The notes beneath the pieces were generated by a model. It saw only the letters and a list, made by a program, of their open reading frames with translations. It had not been told where the DNA came from and did not search any database. Position numbers and translations under genes: made by a program. A DNA stretch of 64,000 nucleotides, taken from positions 128,001 through 192,000 of the forward strand of contig CAVSGM010000001.1 of the NCBI GenBank assembly GCA_963727485.1, written 5' to 3'. Origin of the DNA: an uncultured delta proteobacterium (lineage in GTDB: Bacteria > Myxococcota > Myxococcia > SLRQ01). Shown here in pieces: positions 28,713 to 38,812 of the stretch (positions are counted from its first letter, which is position 1; each line of letters begins with the position of its first letter).

Positions 28713-30162
28713 GTGATCCCCCCGAGCCGCCTGCGCACCCTCGAGGACCGGCCGATCCGGCCGGAGGGCGACCACGTCCTCTACTGGATGGTCGCCGCGC
28801 GGCGCACCCGGCACAGCTTCGCCCTGGCCCACGCCGCGGCCCGGGCCGCCGAGCTGGGAAAGCCCCTGGTGGTCCTCGAGGCCCTGCGCGCCGGCCACCT
28901 CTGGGCGAACGACCGCCTCCACGCCTTCGTCCTCGAGGGCATGGCCGACAACGCCCGGGCCTTCGCCGACCGGGGCGTCGCCTACCACCCCTACCTCGAG
29001 CCCGAGCCCGGGGCCGGCCGGGGGCTGCTGGCGGCGCTGGCCGAGCGGGCGTGCTCGGTGGTCACCGACGACGCGCCCTTCTACTTCCTCCCGCGGATGG
29101 TCGCCGCGGCGGCGGAGAGGCTCCCGGTGCGCCTGGAGCTGGTGGACGGCAACGGCCTCCTGCCCCTCGCCGACTCGCACCCGGTGCGGGGCCAGGCGGT
29201 GCACTTCCGCCGGGACCTCCAGAAGCGCCTCCCGGGCCACCTCGATCACCGGCCCCCGGCGGATCCCCTGGCGGAGGTGGAGCTCCCCGGCCCGTGCCCT
29301 GCCCGAGGCCATCCGGCGCCGCTGGCCCGCCGCCACCGCGGACGACCTCGCCGGGAAGACCCTGGGCGGCCTGCCCATCGACCACGACGTCCCCCGCGCC
29401 GAGCTGCAAGGAGGCGAGGCCGCGGCCCAGCGGCGCCTCGCAGGCTTCCTCGACGGCGGCCTCGACCGCTACGCCGAGGGCCACGACCACCCGGACGACG
29501 ACGCGGTCAGCGGCCTGTCGCCCTACCTCCACTTCGGCCACCTCTCCGTCCACGAGGTCTTCGCCGCCGTCGCCGAGCGCGAGGGCTGGACCCCGGAGGC
29601 CGTCTCCCCCCCGAACGGCAAGCGCGGCTGGTACGGGATGTCGCCTGCGGCCGAGGCGTTCCTGGAGCAGCTGGTGACCTGGCGGGAGCTCTCGCTCAAC
29701 GCCTACGGCGCCGGCAATCCCACCACGTGGGCCTCGCTCCCGCCCTGGGCCCGTCAGACCCTCCTCGCCCACGCCGGCGACCCCCGGCCCCACCTCTACG
29801 ACCGCGACGCCTTCGAGCAGGCGGCCACCCACGACCCGGTGTGGAACGCCGCCCAGCGCCAGCTCCGGGAGACCGGGACCCTCCACACCTACCTGCGGAT
29901 GCTCTGGGGCAAGAAGATCCTCGAGTGGAGCGAGAGCCCCGAGGCGGCGCTTCAGACCATGATCGCCCTCAACGACCGGTGGGCCCTCGACGGCCGGGAC
30001 CCGAACAGCTACGCGGGCATCGGCTGGGTGCTGGGCCGCTACGACCGCCCCTGGCCCGAGCGGGCGATCTACGGGCGGGTGCGCTCGATGTCGAGTGCGC
30101 GCACGGTGAAGAAGGTGCGGATGGCCCGCTACCTCGCGCGCTTCAGTCGAGCTTCACCGTGA
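28713..30162 (+). CDS. phr: Class II CPD DNA photolyase, frameshift ~29290
   Basis: 'VLYWM', 'SGLSPYLHFG', 'WNAAQ.QL..G.LH.YLRM.WGKKILEW', 'LDGRDPNSYAGIGW..GRYDRPW.ER.IYG.VR.MS'. Confidence 0.9.
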
Positions 30163-32020
30163 GCTTGTTCTCGTCGCCCTTGGTGATCTTCACCTGCACC
30201 GTCTTCTTCTGCTGCCCGTCGTCGCTCTGGAGCACCAGGTGGTGGTCCCCGGGGGCCAGCGCGAGGCGGAACACCGGCGTGGTCATCCCCGAGTCGTGGC
30301 CGTCGACGATCACCCGGGCCCAGGGCGTCGACTGGATCGACAGCCACCCCACGTCGCCCTCTGGCGCGGTGGGCGCCGCGCCCGCGTCGTCCTGGCTCCA
30401 ACCGTCGGCCTGGGCCTGCTTGAGCCGCCCGTAGACCTGCGCCTCCCGCTTCATCAGGGCGTCCTGACCCTGCTGCTTGTAGAGGGTCGCCAGGCCCGCG
30501 TGGATCTCGGGGTCGAAGGGGTTGATGCCCACCGCCTTCACGTAGGCCTGCTCGGCGAGGTCCCACTTCTTCATCAGGAAGTAGAGCCGCCCCAGGTGCA
30601 CGTAGGTGGTGACGAAGGTCGGGTTGGGGGCCACCGCCGCCTCGAGGATCTTCCGGGCGGCGTCGTAGTCCTTGAGGTTCATCAGGGTCAGCGCCAGCTT
30701 GTCACTGAGCAGCGGCGCCTTGGGCCCCACCAGGGCGTAGGCCTTCCGGTACTCCACCGCCGCGGCCTTCTCGCGCCCGCGCATCCGCAAAAGCTCGCCG
30801 AGGTGGGCGAAGCGCCTGGCCTTGGGATCGTCCACGTCGGCGTCGCCCGAGGCCTTCTTCCCCGCCCGGGGGGCGTCGCCCTTGAAGGTGAGGTGCCGCG
30901 CGGTCGCCGCGGGATCGGTGTGCAGCGGCCGGCGCTTGAGCCACGTCCGCCAGGCCGCCTGGAAGCCGTCCAGGGACAGCCCCAGGGCCCCCTTAATCGC
31001 CTGGGGCACGGTCTTGCCGTCCTTGAGCTCGGCCATCAGCTTGCGGATGGTGGGGTAGCCGCCGTGGTCCTTCACGATCCAGGAGACCGCGCTCTCCACC
31101 TCGGCGAAGGCCAGCGCCGTGTCGTCCTGGGACGGCAGGAGCGCCATCGACGGGTACATCTGCTTGAAGGTGATGAACTTGCGCTTCCCGGCGATGGCCT
31201 GGGCCAACAGCCCCTCGGCGTAGGGAGAGATGGCCCGACCCCCGGCGCCGTCCCAGCGGGTCTCCTCGAACTTGGCGAGGCCCTCGTGGAGCCAGATGGG
31301 CACGGTGTTGTGGGAGACGTGCATGATCACGAAGTGCACGTACTCGTGGGTCACCGTGTCCAGCCAGGAGTAGCCCCGCAAGAGCGAGCCGGGGTTGGTG
31401 ATCATCAGCTTGTCGTGCTTGCAGATGGCGATGGTGCCGCTGGTCTTGATCGCCTTGACCGTGAGCCCGGTGGCGGCCGAGAGGTCGGCGGCCGAGGGGT
31501 AGACCTCCACCACCACCCGGCGCTTGGGGTACCAGTCGAAGTCGCCGCCGACGTTCCGGTAGGCCTTCTCCAGGGTGTCGAGGGCGTAGGGCAGGAGGAT
31601 CTCGTCGACCCCCTTGGGGACCCGCACCTCGAAGTGGGCACTGCTCCGGCTCACGTAGCCCCGGGTGATCTTCCCGGTGGCCTCGGCGTAGCGGAGGATC
31701 GGGTCGTCGGTGGGGTGGCCGGCGGTGGCCCGGGTCATCAGGGCCACGGCGCCGGCGTAGTCCTGCTGGTAGAACTTCGCCTTCCCCGCCAGGTACTCCA
31801 CCGCCGGGAGGCCCGGGTGGGCCTGGTAGAGGGACTCGGCGATGTGGAACGCCTCGGAGAAGCGCCACTCGCTCATCAGCCGGTTGGCCCGGGCGATCTG
31901 GGCGTCGATGCGGTGGATCTCCTGGGCGGCGCCGGTGCGTCCCTGGGGGACGGCGGCGTGCGCCCCGGCGAGGGGCGCGGCGAGGGCGAGGAACATCACC
32001 AGGGACAGCGCGCGTCTCAC
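30143..32020 (-). CDS. Secreted TPR + peptidase MA (gluzincin) protein with C-terminal PEGA-like domain
   Basis: Signal peptide; 'HEYVH...WLHEGLA'; TPR helices; 'LSIQSTPWARVIVDG...TP...LAPGDH'. Confidence 0.85.
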   Translation of the reverse strand: MRRALSLVMFLALAAPLAGAHAAVPQGRTGAAQEIHRIDAQIARANRLMSEWRFSEAFHIAESLYQAHPGLPAVEYLAGKAKFYQQDYAGAVALMTRATAGHPTDDPILRYAEATGKITRGYVSRSSAHFEVRVPKGVDEILLPYALDTLEKAYRNVGGDFDWYPKRRVVVEVYPSAADLSAATGLTVKAIKTSGTIAICKHDKLMITNPGSLLRGYSWLDTVTHEYVHFVIMHVSHNTVPIWLHEGLAKFEETRWDGAGGRAISPYAEGLLAQAIAGKRKFITFKQMYPSMALLPSQDDTALAFAEVESAVSWIVKDHGGYPTIRKLMAELKDGKTVPQAIKGALGLSLDGFQAAWRTWLKRRPLHTDPAATARHLTFKGDAPRAGKKASGDADVDDPKARRFAHLGELLRMRGREKAAAVEYRKAYALVGPKAPLLSDKLALTLMNLKDYDAARKILEAAVAPNPTFVTTYVHLGRLYFLMKKWDLAEQAYVKAVGINPFDPEIHAGLATLYKQQGQDALMKREAQVYGRLKQAQADGWSQDDAGAAPTAPEGDVGWLSIQSTPWARVIVDGHDSGMTTPVFRLALAPGDHHLVLQSDDGQQKKTVQVKITKGDENKLTVKLD

Positions 32021-35000
32021 TTCACCAGCTCCTGGTAGTAGTCCTTGACCTGCTGTTGGTACTGCTTGGGCGCCCCCTGCTTCATGGCGTCCATCAGCTC
32101 CTTGCGGAAGGCGGCCGGGGCCTTGAAGCTGTCGGCGTCGGGGATCTTCACCGGCTCGTGGGCCATGCCGTACATCCCCTGGCCCCCGGGCCCGCCGCCG
32201 CTCATGGGCATGGGGATCCCGCCGCCGCCGCCCTGCTGCATCGCCTGCTCCATGGCCTGCTGCAGCTTGCCCAGGCGATCGAGGGCGCTCTTCTGCTCCC
32301 CGCTCGCCTGCCGGGCGTCGGACTCGGCGAGGCGCTGGCCGGCCTGCCCCATGTGCTGCATCGCCTGCTGGAGGTCGCCCTGCATCCCCGGGGAGAACAC
32401 CGGCGCCTTCTGGCTCATCGCCTGCATCTGCTGCTGGAGCGAGGCCGCCCGGCGGCGCAGCTGCTCCTGGTCGCGGCTCATCCGCGCCATCCGCTTCTGG
32501 TCCTGGCGGTCGAAGACGCTCCGGGGATCGGGGAAGAGCTTGTCGAGCTCGTCGCGGATGTCCTGGGCCTTGTCGTGGGCGGCGTCGGCGCGCTGCCTCG
32601 CCTCGTCGGCGGGGCCCCCGGCGGCCCGCTGCCCCAGGAGCCCGCGCATCTCCATCGCCCGCTCCGAGAGGGACCCCTGGAGGTTGCGGGACTGCTGGAG
32701 CGCCTTCTCGGCCATGGCCCGCGCCTCCTGGAAGTCCCGGGCCTTGAGCAGCATCGCCACGTCCTTGAGCCTTGCGGCGGCGCTGTCCTTGAGGTCGGCG
32801 TCGAAGCGGGCGAAGGGCCCGTCGAAGGCCGCCTGGGGGATGCCCTGGAGCTGCCCCCGGGCGTCGTCGGCCTCGGCGGAGAGCTTCTTCACCAGGTCGT
32901 CGAGCTTGTCCTTGAGCTTGTGCTCCAGGGCCTTCTGGTAGGTCTGCTTGAGCTTCGCCGAGGCGTCGAGGAGGCGCTGCTGCTGGTGCTTGACCCGCTG
33001 GAGGTCGTCGGAGAAGCGCATCATCTGGGCGGCGAGCTCCCGGTACTTCTGGCCCCCGAAGCCCTTCTGCTGCTTCTGCCAGCTGTCGAGCATCTGGTCG
33101 AGCTGGGTGCCCATCTGGGCCAGGCGCTTGAGGGCCTCGTCGAGCTTGCCCTCGTTGAGGAGCTTCTGGACGTCGTCGAGGTCGCCGAGGAGGTTCTTGT
33201 TCTTGGTGAGCTGGGAGAGGGCCTGGGCGTTGAGGTGCTCGTCGTTGATGCTCCTCGCCAGCTGGGCCATCTTCTGCATCAGCTCCCCGATGCGCGCCTT
33301 GATCCGGGCAATCTCCTCGCCGATCTGGGCCCGGGTCGCCTCGTCGGGGTGCTTCTTGAGCTGGTCGATGAGGTCCGAGAGCCGCCGGCGGTGCTGCTTG
33401 ATCTCCTGGGCCATGGCCATCAGGTCGGCCATCTTCTGCTGGTCGAGGAGGTCCTCGAGGTAGAGGACGTCCTTCTCCAGCTCGCCCACCGACTCGCTCT
33501 CCGAGCGGCGCACCAGGGCGGTGAACGCCTGGTCGGCCATGCCCCGCACCCGCAGCCGCCGGGCGAAGTAGCGAAGCGCGCTCGCCGAGCGGTCGTCCAC
33601 GTGGTGGACCCCGGCCCGGATGTTCATCAGGGCGTCGAGCAGCGGCCTGGGGGTCAGCCGGTCCTGGCCGAGCTTCCCCAGGGTGGCGTCCAGGTGGTCG
33701 ACCAGCGTCGACAGCCCGCCCTCGAGCTTTCGCGCCGCGGCCAGCTTGGGCTCCACCGTGCCCTCGGGCTCGTCGGGGCCCACCGCAAACGGCGTCGCCA
33801 GGTGGTCGGCGAGGGTGGTGATCATCCCCTCCCAGAGCTTGTCCACCTCGGCCATCAGCTTGCGGTGGTGCTCGGCGGCGGAGAACACCTTGAGGTAGCG
33901 GGTCTTGCTGACCCCCCGCTTGGGCCCGGAGACCGCGTCGTCGTCGAGGGCCTCGAGGAAGAAGGCCACCCGGTCGCCGGGGCCGAGGTGGAGGGTGGTG
34001 AGGTCCCAGGCGGTGCGCCCCTCGTCCCGGGGCCGGTCGGCGGGGTGGTGGAGCACCACCCGCTTCTTCTTGGCTCCCTGGATCCGGTAGACCAGGGCCA
34101 GCTCGGTGAGGCCGAAGTCGTCGGAGGCGTGCCAGGAGAGGTCGAGGTGGTCCTGGTCGCGGACCTCGATCTGGTCCTCGTCGTGGCCCACCACCGCGAG
34201 CTGCACGTGGGGGTAGGCGTCGGGCTTGACGGTGATCGCGTGGGGCGCCCCCTCGGCGACGGTCTGGCCCTTCCCGTCGAGGAAGCGGAAGTGGTAGGTG
34301 CCGCCGCGGTCGACCACCAGCTTCCCCGAGAGGGCCCGGGCGCCTTCGACCTTCAGGGGGAGCACCGTCTTCCCCCGGACCAGCGCCGCCCGCGTCACGT
34401 CCCGGTCGGCGACGGTGTGGATCTCCACCTCGGTGCCCTTCAGGGCGGTGATGTCGCCGCCGGTGCCGCTGACGGTCCGGGGCGGGAGGTGGGTGTAACC
34501 CGGGTAGCGGTAGGTGAGCGAGACGTCGCCGGTGATCAGGGTGGCGACCCCGGCGGGGGTCTTCCCGGTGAGGTTCGCCAGCGGCCGGTCGAGGCCGACG
34601 AGGCGCCGGTAGCCGGGGGTGAAGACCGTGGGCCACCCGGCGAGGAGGACGGCGTGGACGGCCAGGACGCCGCCGAGGGCGAGGCTCGCCCGGAGGAGGC
34701 CCCGGGTCGGGATCGCGGGCTTCGGGTCCAGGCGGGCGACCCCGCGGGCCACCCGGGACACGTGGGCGGCGGCGAGGTCGGTCCCGAAGCCCGCGGCCTC
34801 CCGGTGGAAGGCGACGGCGCTGCGCAGGCCCGCGGTCCCCGGGAGCGCCCCCTCGAGGAGCCGCGCCACCCGGGCGTCGCCGCCGAGGCGTCTCACCGGC
34901 CGGAGCACGAAGCGCCAGAGGAGGGCCACGGTCACCGTGGTCACCAGCGCCAGGGCCCCGGTGCGCAGCCACCCGAGACCGGCGGCGGTCTCCGGGGACA

Positions 35001-35157
35001 CCCCGCCGAGCACGGCGGAGCCCACCGCGCCGACGACGGCGGCGGTGGCGAGGAGGAGGCAGGCCCCGGTGAGGAGGCTCACCCCCAGGGCCCGCCGCCG
35101 GGTCCGCGACAGCAGGGAGGCGATGGGCCCGTAGTCTTCGGGGCGGATCTCGACCAT
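32017..35157 (-). CDS. DUF4175-family membrane-anchored coiled-coil protein
   Basis: N-terminal TMs, 'YPGYT', 'ASDDFGL', long Q/E/K coiled coils, C-terminal 'P..Y...V.DYY.EL'. Confidence 0.85.
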   Translation of the reverse strand: MVEIRPEDYGPIASLLSRTRRRALGVSLLTGACLLLATAAVVGAVGSAVLGGVSPETAAGLGWLRTGALALVTTVTVALLWRFVLRPVRRLGGDARVARLLEGALPGTAGLRSAVAFHREAAGFGTDLAAAHVSRVARGVARLDPKPAIPTRGLLRASLALGGVLAVHAVLLAGWPTVFTPGYRRLVGLDRPLANLTGKTPAGVATLITGDVSLTYRYPGYTHLPPRTVSGTGGDITALKGTEVEIHTVADRDVTRAALVRGKTVLPLKVEGARALSGKLVVDRGGTYHFRFLDGKGQTVAEGAPHAITVKPDAYPHVQLAVVGHDEDQIEVRDQDHLDLSWHASDDFGLTELALVYRIQGAKKKRVVLHHPADRPRDEGRTAWDLTTLHLGPGDRVAFFLEALDDDAVSGPKRGVSKTRYLKVFSAAEHHRKLMAEVDKLWEGMITTLADHLATPFAVGPDEPEGTVEPKLAAARKLEGGLSTLVDHLDATLGKLGQDRLTPRPLLDALMNIRAGVHHVDDRSASALRYFARRLRVRGMADQAFTALVRRSESESVGELEKDVLYLEDLLDQQKMADLMAMAQEIKQHRRRLSDLIDQLKKHPDEATRAQIGEEIARIKARIGELMQKMAQLARSINDEHLNAQALSQLTKNKNLLGDLDDVQKLLNEGKLDEALKRLAQMGTQLDQMLDSWQKQQKGFGGQKYRELAAQMMRFSDDLQRVKHQQQRLLDASAKLKQTYQKALEHKLKDKLDDLVKKLSAEADDARGQLQGIPQAAFDGPFARFDADLKDSAAARLKDVAMLLKARDFQEARAMAEKALQQSRNLQGSLSERAMEMRGLLGQRAAGGPADEARQRADAAHDKAQDIRDELDKLFPDPRSVFDRQDQKRMARMSRDQEQLRRRAASLQQQMQAMSQKAPVFSPGMQGDLQQAMQHMGQAGQRLAESDARQASGEQKSALDRLGKLQQAMEQAMQQGGGGGIPMPMSGGGPGGQGMYGMAHEPVKIPDADSFKAPAAFRKELMDAMKQGAPKQYQQQVKDYYQELVK

Positions 35158-35266
35158 GAGTAGCGTCTGGAAAGGCGAACCGGAGGGTCCGGAGGGCTAT
35201 TCCGTCGCTAATCTCTCACGAAGCCGGCCCTCGATGCGACCGGCGTCGTGGTCGAGGGGGACCCGC

Positions 35267-35509
35267 CTACTGGAGCGTCGGCTGGGGGCTGGGGAAGGTC
35301 CGGGCGGCCCAGGTGGGCACGCTCGCCTCCCAGTCCTCCATCTCGACCTGGATCGCGTAGCTGTCGTCGCGGGGCAGCTCCAGCGCCTCGATGGCGCCGT
35401 TGCCGTCGGTGACCCAGCTCTCGACGACCCTCGCCCGCCCGAAGCTCAACGGCTGGAGGAGGCTCACCCGGAAGACAGGCCGCGTGGGGTGGAAGGAGAC
35501 GTTCATCAC
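35267..35509 (-). CDS. Small hypothetical protein
   Basis: 80-aa ORF with normal composition; TACCCT 7 nt before GTG. Confidence 0.55.
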   Translation of the reverse strand: MMNVSFHPTRPVFRVSLLQPLSFGRARVVESWVTDGNGAIEALELPRDDSYAIQVEMEDWEASVPTWAARTFPSPQPTLQ

Positions 35510-35612
35510 ACCCTCTAGGGTAAGGCCGGCCCCCCGAACGTCAACGGGGCCCCTCGGGCGCTTCGGCGGATCGTCATTGAAACCCGAGGCTTGGGGGCGT
35601 ATCAGGCTTCGG

Positions 35613-38600
35613 GTGCGTCCCCTCGAGCCAGGCCAGAAGATTCGCTACCTGCCCCAGCCGGGGTGGGGGGTGGGGCACGTCCTCACCCTCTCCGACGAGG
35701 GCCGCCGCGCCGACGTGCGGTTCCCCGAGCCCACCGGCACCGTCCGCATCTCCCTGAAGGGCGGGAAGGTCGAGCCCCACTTCTTCGAGCCCGGGGACGA
35801 GGTCCTCCTCGACGGGCTCCCGGCCCAGATCCTCGAGCGCATCGACGACCTCGGGGACTACGACGACCTGGCGACCTACCGCTGCCTCACCGAGGCCGGG
35901 GAGATCGAGATCTCCGAGGATCGCATCGAGGCCCCGGCGCCCCCGGAGGACCTCCTCGACGCCCTGCGCGCCGGCCGGGTGGGCCGGGCCTCGGCCTTCG
36001 TGCTCCGGCGGGAGAGCCTCGCCCTCGACGACGAGCGCCGGGCCGACGCCCTGGGGGCGCTGTTCGCCTCCCGGGTCATGGTCCGCCCCCACCAGGTCGG
36101 CGTGGTCCAGCGGGTGCTCTCGGCGCCGAGGCCGCGCTTCGTCCTCGGCGACGAGGTGGGCCTCGGGAAGACCATCGAGGCGGGGATGATCTACAGCGCC
36201 CTGCGCCTCTCGGGGATGGCGCGGCGGGTGCTGGTGGTGGCCCCGGGCCACCTCACGGTGCAGTGGCTGGTGGAGCTCTTCCACAAGTTCAACCAGCTCT
36301 TCACCTTCATGGACGCCGATCGCTACCGCCAGAGCCTGGAGGAGGCGCCGGAGGTCAGCCCCTGGGAGCGCTTCGACCAGGTGGTCACCTCCCTCGAGCT
36401 GCTCACCCGCGGCGAGGGGCACTTCGAGGCCCTCGCCGACACCGAGTGGGACCTGGTGATCCTCGACGAGGCCCACCACCTCTCGGGGCCCAAGGCCCGG
36501 GCGGTGGCCGAGCGCCTCGCCGAGAAGAGCTTTGGGCTGCTGCTGCTCACCGCCACCCCGATGCAGCTCGACCCCGAGGGCTACCGGAGGCTCCTGGCCC
36601 TGGTGGACCCCGACGCCGCGCCCACCAAGAAGGCCTTCGCCGATCGGATGAAGCGCCAGGGCGAGGTGGCGGCGGCGGCGCGGGCGCTCCTCGAGGGCAC
36701 CGACGCCGCCGGCGCCCTCGAGGCCCTCCGGGGCGCCTTCCCGGACGACCCGGTCCTCGCGGGGAAGGCGAAGCCCCAGGCGCTCCTGGCGCACCTGGCG
36801 AGCACCTACTCCCTCTCCGATCGCCTGGTCAGGAACCGCCGGGCGGTGGTCGGTGGCTTCCCCGAGCGGCGGGTCCACCGGCACCGGGTGGCCCTCGATC
36901 CCGCCGAGGCCGAGGCCCGGGCGAAGGTGGTGGCGCGCCTCGACGAGAGCGGGGTGCGCGGGGCGGCGCTGGCGGGGATGCTCCGGCGCCTCGAGTCCTC
37001 GCCCTCGGCCCTCAAGGCGGCGGTGGCGTCGAACCAGGCCCTGGCGGATCTCGAGATCGATCTCCCCGATCGCGACGGGCGCTACCTCGCCCTCCGGGCG
37101 CTCCTCGAGGACGATCCCTCCGCCAAGGTCCTGGTGTTCACCGAGGCGCGGGCCACCCTGGACTTCCTCCAGGCCGAGCTCGGCCGCGACGGGATCGCGG
37201 CGCTGGCCTACCACGGCGATCTGGCCCTGGTGGAGCGCGACCGGCAGGTGGCGCGCTTCCGGGATCCCGAGGGGCCGCGGGTGCTGCTGTCCACCGACCT
37301 CGGCGGTGAGGGGCGCAACTTCCAGTTCGCCCACCACCTGGTCAACTACGATCTCCCCTGGCGCCCGGCGGCGGTGGAGCAGCGCATCGGTCGCCTCGAC
37401 CGGGTCGGGCGCACCACCCCGGTGGACATCCACGTCTTCGAGGTCCCGGGGACGCTCTCCGCCGAGGTCCTGGAGCTCCTCGACGACGCGGTGGACGTGT
37501 TCCGCCGGCCCATCGGCGGCCTCGATCCGGTCCTCGAGGAGGTGGAGCCAAGGCTCCTCGAGCTGGCGCTGGTGGGCCCCGCCGAGCGCGCTGCCTATGC
37601 GAAGACCCTGAAGAAGAAGGTCGCCCGGGCCCGGACCCAGGTGGGCCGCGACTACGATCCCCTCCTCGACCTGCGCAGCTACGACCGGGAGGACGTGGCG
37701 GCGTTGGTCGACCGGGCGCTCAAGCGTCACGACCTCGACGAGACCTTCGCCGACGCCACCGTGGAGGAGCGGCTGGTGGGCCTGGCCCGGGACCTCGACG
37801 AGCGCCTCGAGGAGACGGTCACCGAGCTGGCCGAGCGCGTGGGCATCGGTGTCGACACCGAGCAGGAGGTCGACGCCTTCCACTGCGCCTTCCACTTCGG
37901 GCACGCCCTCAACGTCGAGGCCCTCCCCGGGGTCGACATCCGCGAGGAGCGCACCGAGGTGGGCACCTTCTGGCGGGACACGGCGGTGGAGGCTGAGGAG
38001 AACGCCTACTTCGCCACCGGCCACCCCCTGGTCGAGGCGCTCTTCAGCTTCCTGCGCGACGGGCCCTACGGCCGCGCCGCCTTCCGGCACCTGCACCGGC
38101 GCCGCGGCGGGACCGAGGCCCGGGGTCTCGAGTGCCTCTTCCACCTCCGGCCCCCGGAGCCCGAGGACACCACCCCCGGCGCCCGGGTGCCCTCACGGCA
38201 GCTCGCCCGCTTCCTCGACCGCTGGTTCATCCGGGTGGCCGTCGCCCGGGGCGACGACGGCGCGCCGGTGGAGGCGCTCGGGCTCCTCGAGACCCTGGAG
38301 AGCACCGGCCGGGGCCTCAAGGGCGCCCAGCTCGAGGCGGCCTTCCCCGGCTTCGATCGCTTCCTCGAGCCGGGCCTCGACGCCGCCTGGGAGTCGGCGG
38401 CGGCGGTGGCCATGAAGCGCGTCGCCGAGGCCAAGAAGGCGCTGGCCGCCGAGCGGGAGGAGACGGTGGCCCGATTGGCCCTGGCCCTGCCGCACCGCGG
38501 CCTCGACGACGCCGCGGTCCGCCTGCGCCTGGACGAGGAGCGGCGGTGGTACGACCGGCTGGAGTCGACGCTCGACGAGCTGTCCATCGATCTCGACGCC

Positions 38601-38624
38601 ATCAGCGGGTTCGTGATCGCGTAG
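35613..38624 (+). CDS. rapA: RapA/HepA-like SNF2 ATPase (RNA polymerase-associated)
   Basis: 'GDEVGLGKTIEAG', 'QWLVEL', 'DEAHHL', 'LLTATP.Q', 'GEGRNFQF', 'EQRIGRLDR.G'. Confidence 0.88.
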   Translation: MRPLEPGQKIRYLPQPGWGVGHVLTLSDEGRRADVRFPEPTGTVRISLKGGKVEPHFFEPGDEVLLDGLPAQILERIDDLGDYDDLATYRCLTEAGEIEISEDRIEAPAPPEDLLDALRAGRVGRASAFVLRRESLALDDERRADALGALFASRVMVRPHQVGVVQRVLSAPRPRFVLGDEVGLGKTIEAGMIYSALRLSGMARRVLVVAPGHLTVQWLVELFHKFNQLFTFMDADRYRQSLEEAPEVSPWERFDQVVTSLELLTRGEGHFEALADTEWDLVILDEAHHLSGPKARAVAERLAEKSFGLLLLTATPMQLDPEGYRRLLALVDPDAAPTKKAFADRMKRQGEVAAAARALLEGTDAAGALEALRGAFPDDPVLAGKAKPQALLAHLASTYSLSDRLVRNRRAVVGGFPERRVHRHRVALDPAEAEARAKVVARLDESGVRGAALAGMLRRLESSPSALKAAVASNQALADLEIDLPDRDGRYLALRALLEDDPSAKVLVFTEARATLDFLQAELGRDGIAALAYHGDLALVERDRQVARFRDPEGPRVLLSTDLGGEGRNFQFAHHLVNYDLPWRPAAVEQRIGRLDRVGRTTPVDIHVFEVPGTLSAEVLELLDDAVDVFRRPIGGLDPVLEEVEPRLLELALVGPAERAAYAKTLKKKVARARTQVGRDYDPLLDLRSYDREDVAALVDRALKRHDLDETFADATVEERLVGLARDLDERLEETVTELAERVGIGVDTEQEVDAFHCAFHFGHALNVEALPGVDIREERTEVGTFWRDTAVEAEENAYFATGHPLVEALFSFLRDGPYGRAAFRHLHRRRGGTEARGLECLFHLRPPEPEDTTPGARVPSRQLARFLDRWFIRVAVARGDDGAPVEALGLLETLESTGRGLKGAQLEAAFPGFDRFLEPGLDAAWESAAAVAMKRVAEAKKALAAEREETVARLALALPHRGLDDAAVRLRLDEERRWYDRLESTLDELSIDLDAISGFVIA

Positions 38625-38812
38625 GCCGCGTGGGGCGGCGGGCAGCGCGGATCCGGACGAGAGGGAGTCGCCCTACCTGGATCCGGGGAGGTCGGATTGC
38701 GGCGAGATCCGTAGGATGTGGGCTCGAGCAGGCGTTCGAGCAGTCCTGGGCGTCCAGCTGACCATCCACGGATTGGCCGGGGGCCTCGCCGCCTCCGCTG
38801 GGGGGCATTTCC

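Noticed and set aside
30143..34972. 1609-aa, 1428-aa (59446-63732) and 1270-aa (39063-42875) 'giant proteins' in the ORF track
   Set aside because: Each is a real gene portion extended by an off-frame read-through of a neighbouring gene
35613..38624. SNF2 helicase as part of a DISARM-like or other defence system
   Set aside because: RapA-type motifs and N-terminus; no methylase, nuclease or DUF1998 neighbours
38625..38812. Structured RNA in the rapA-subtilase spacer (GGATCCGG twice, TCGAGCAG twice)
   Set aside because: Short GC-rich matches with no convincing extended stem or known riboswitch motif
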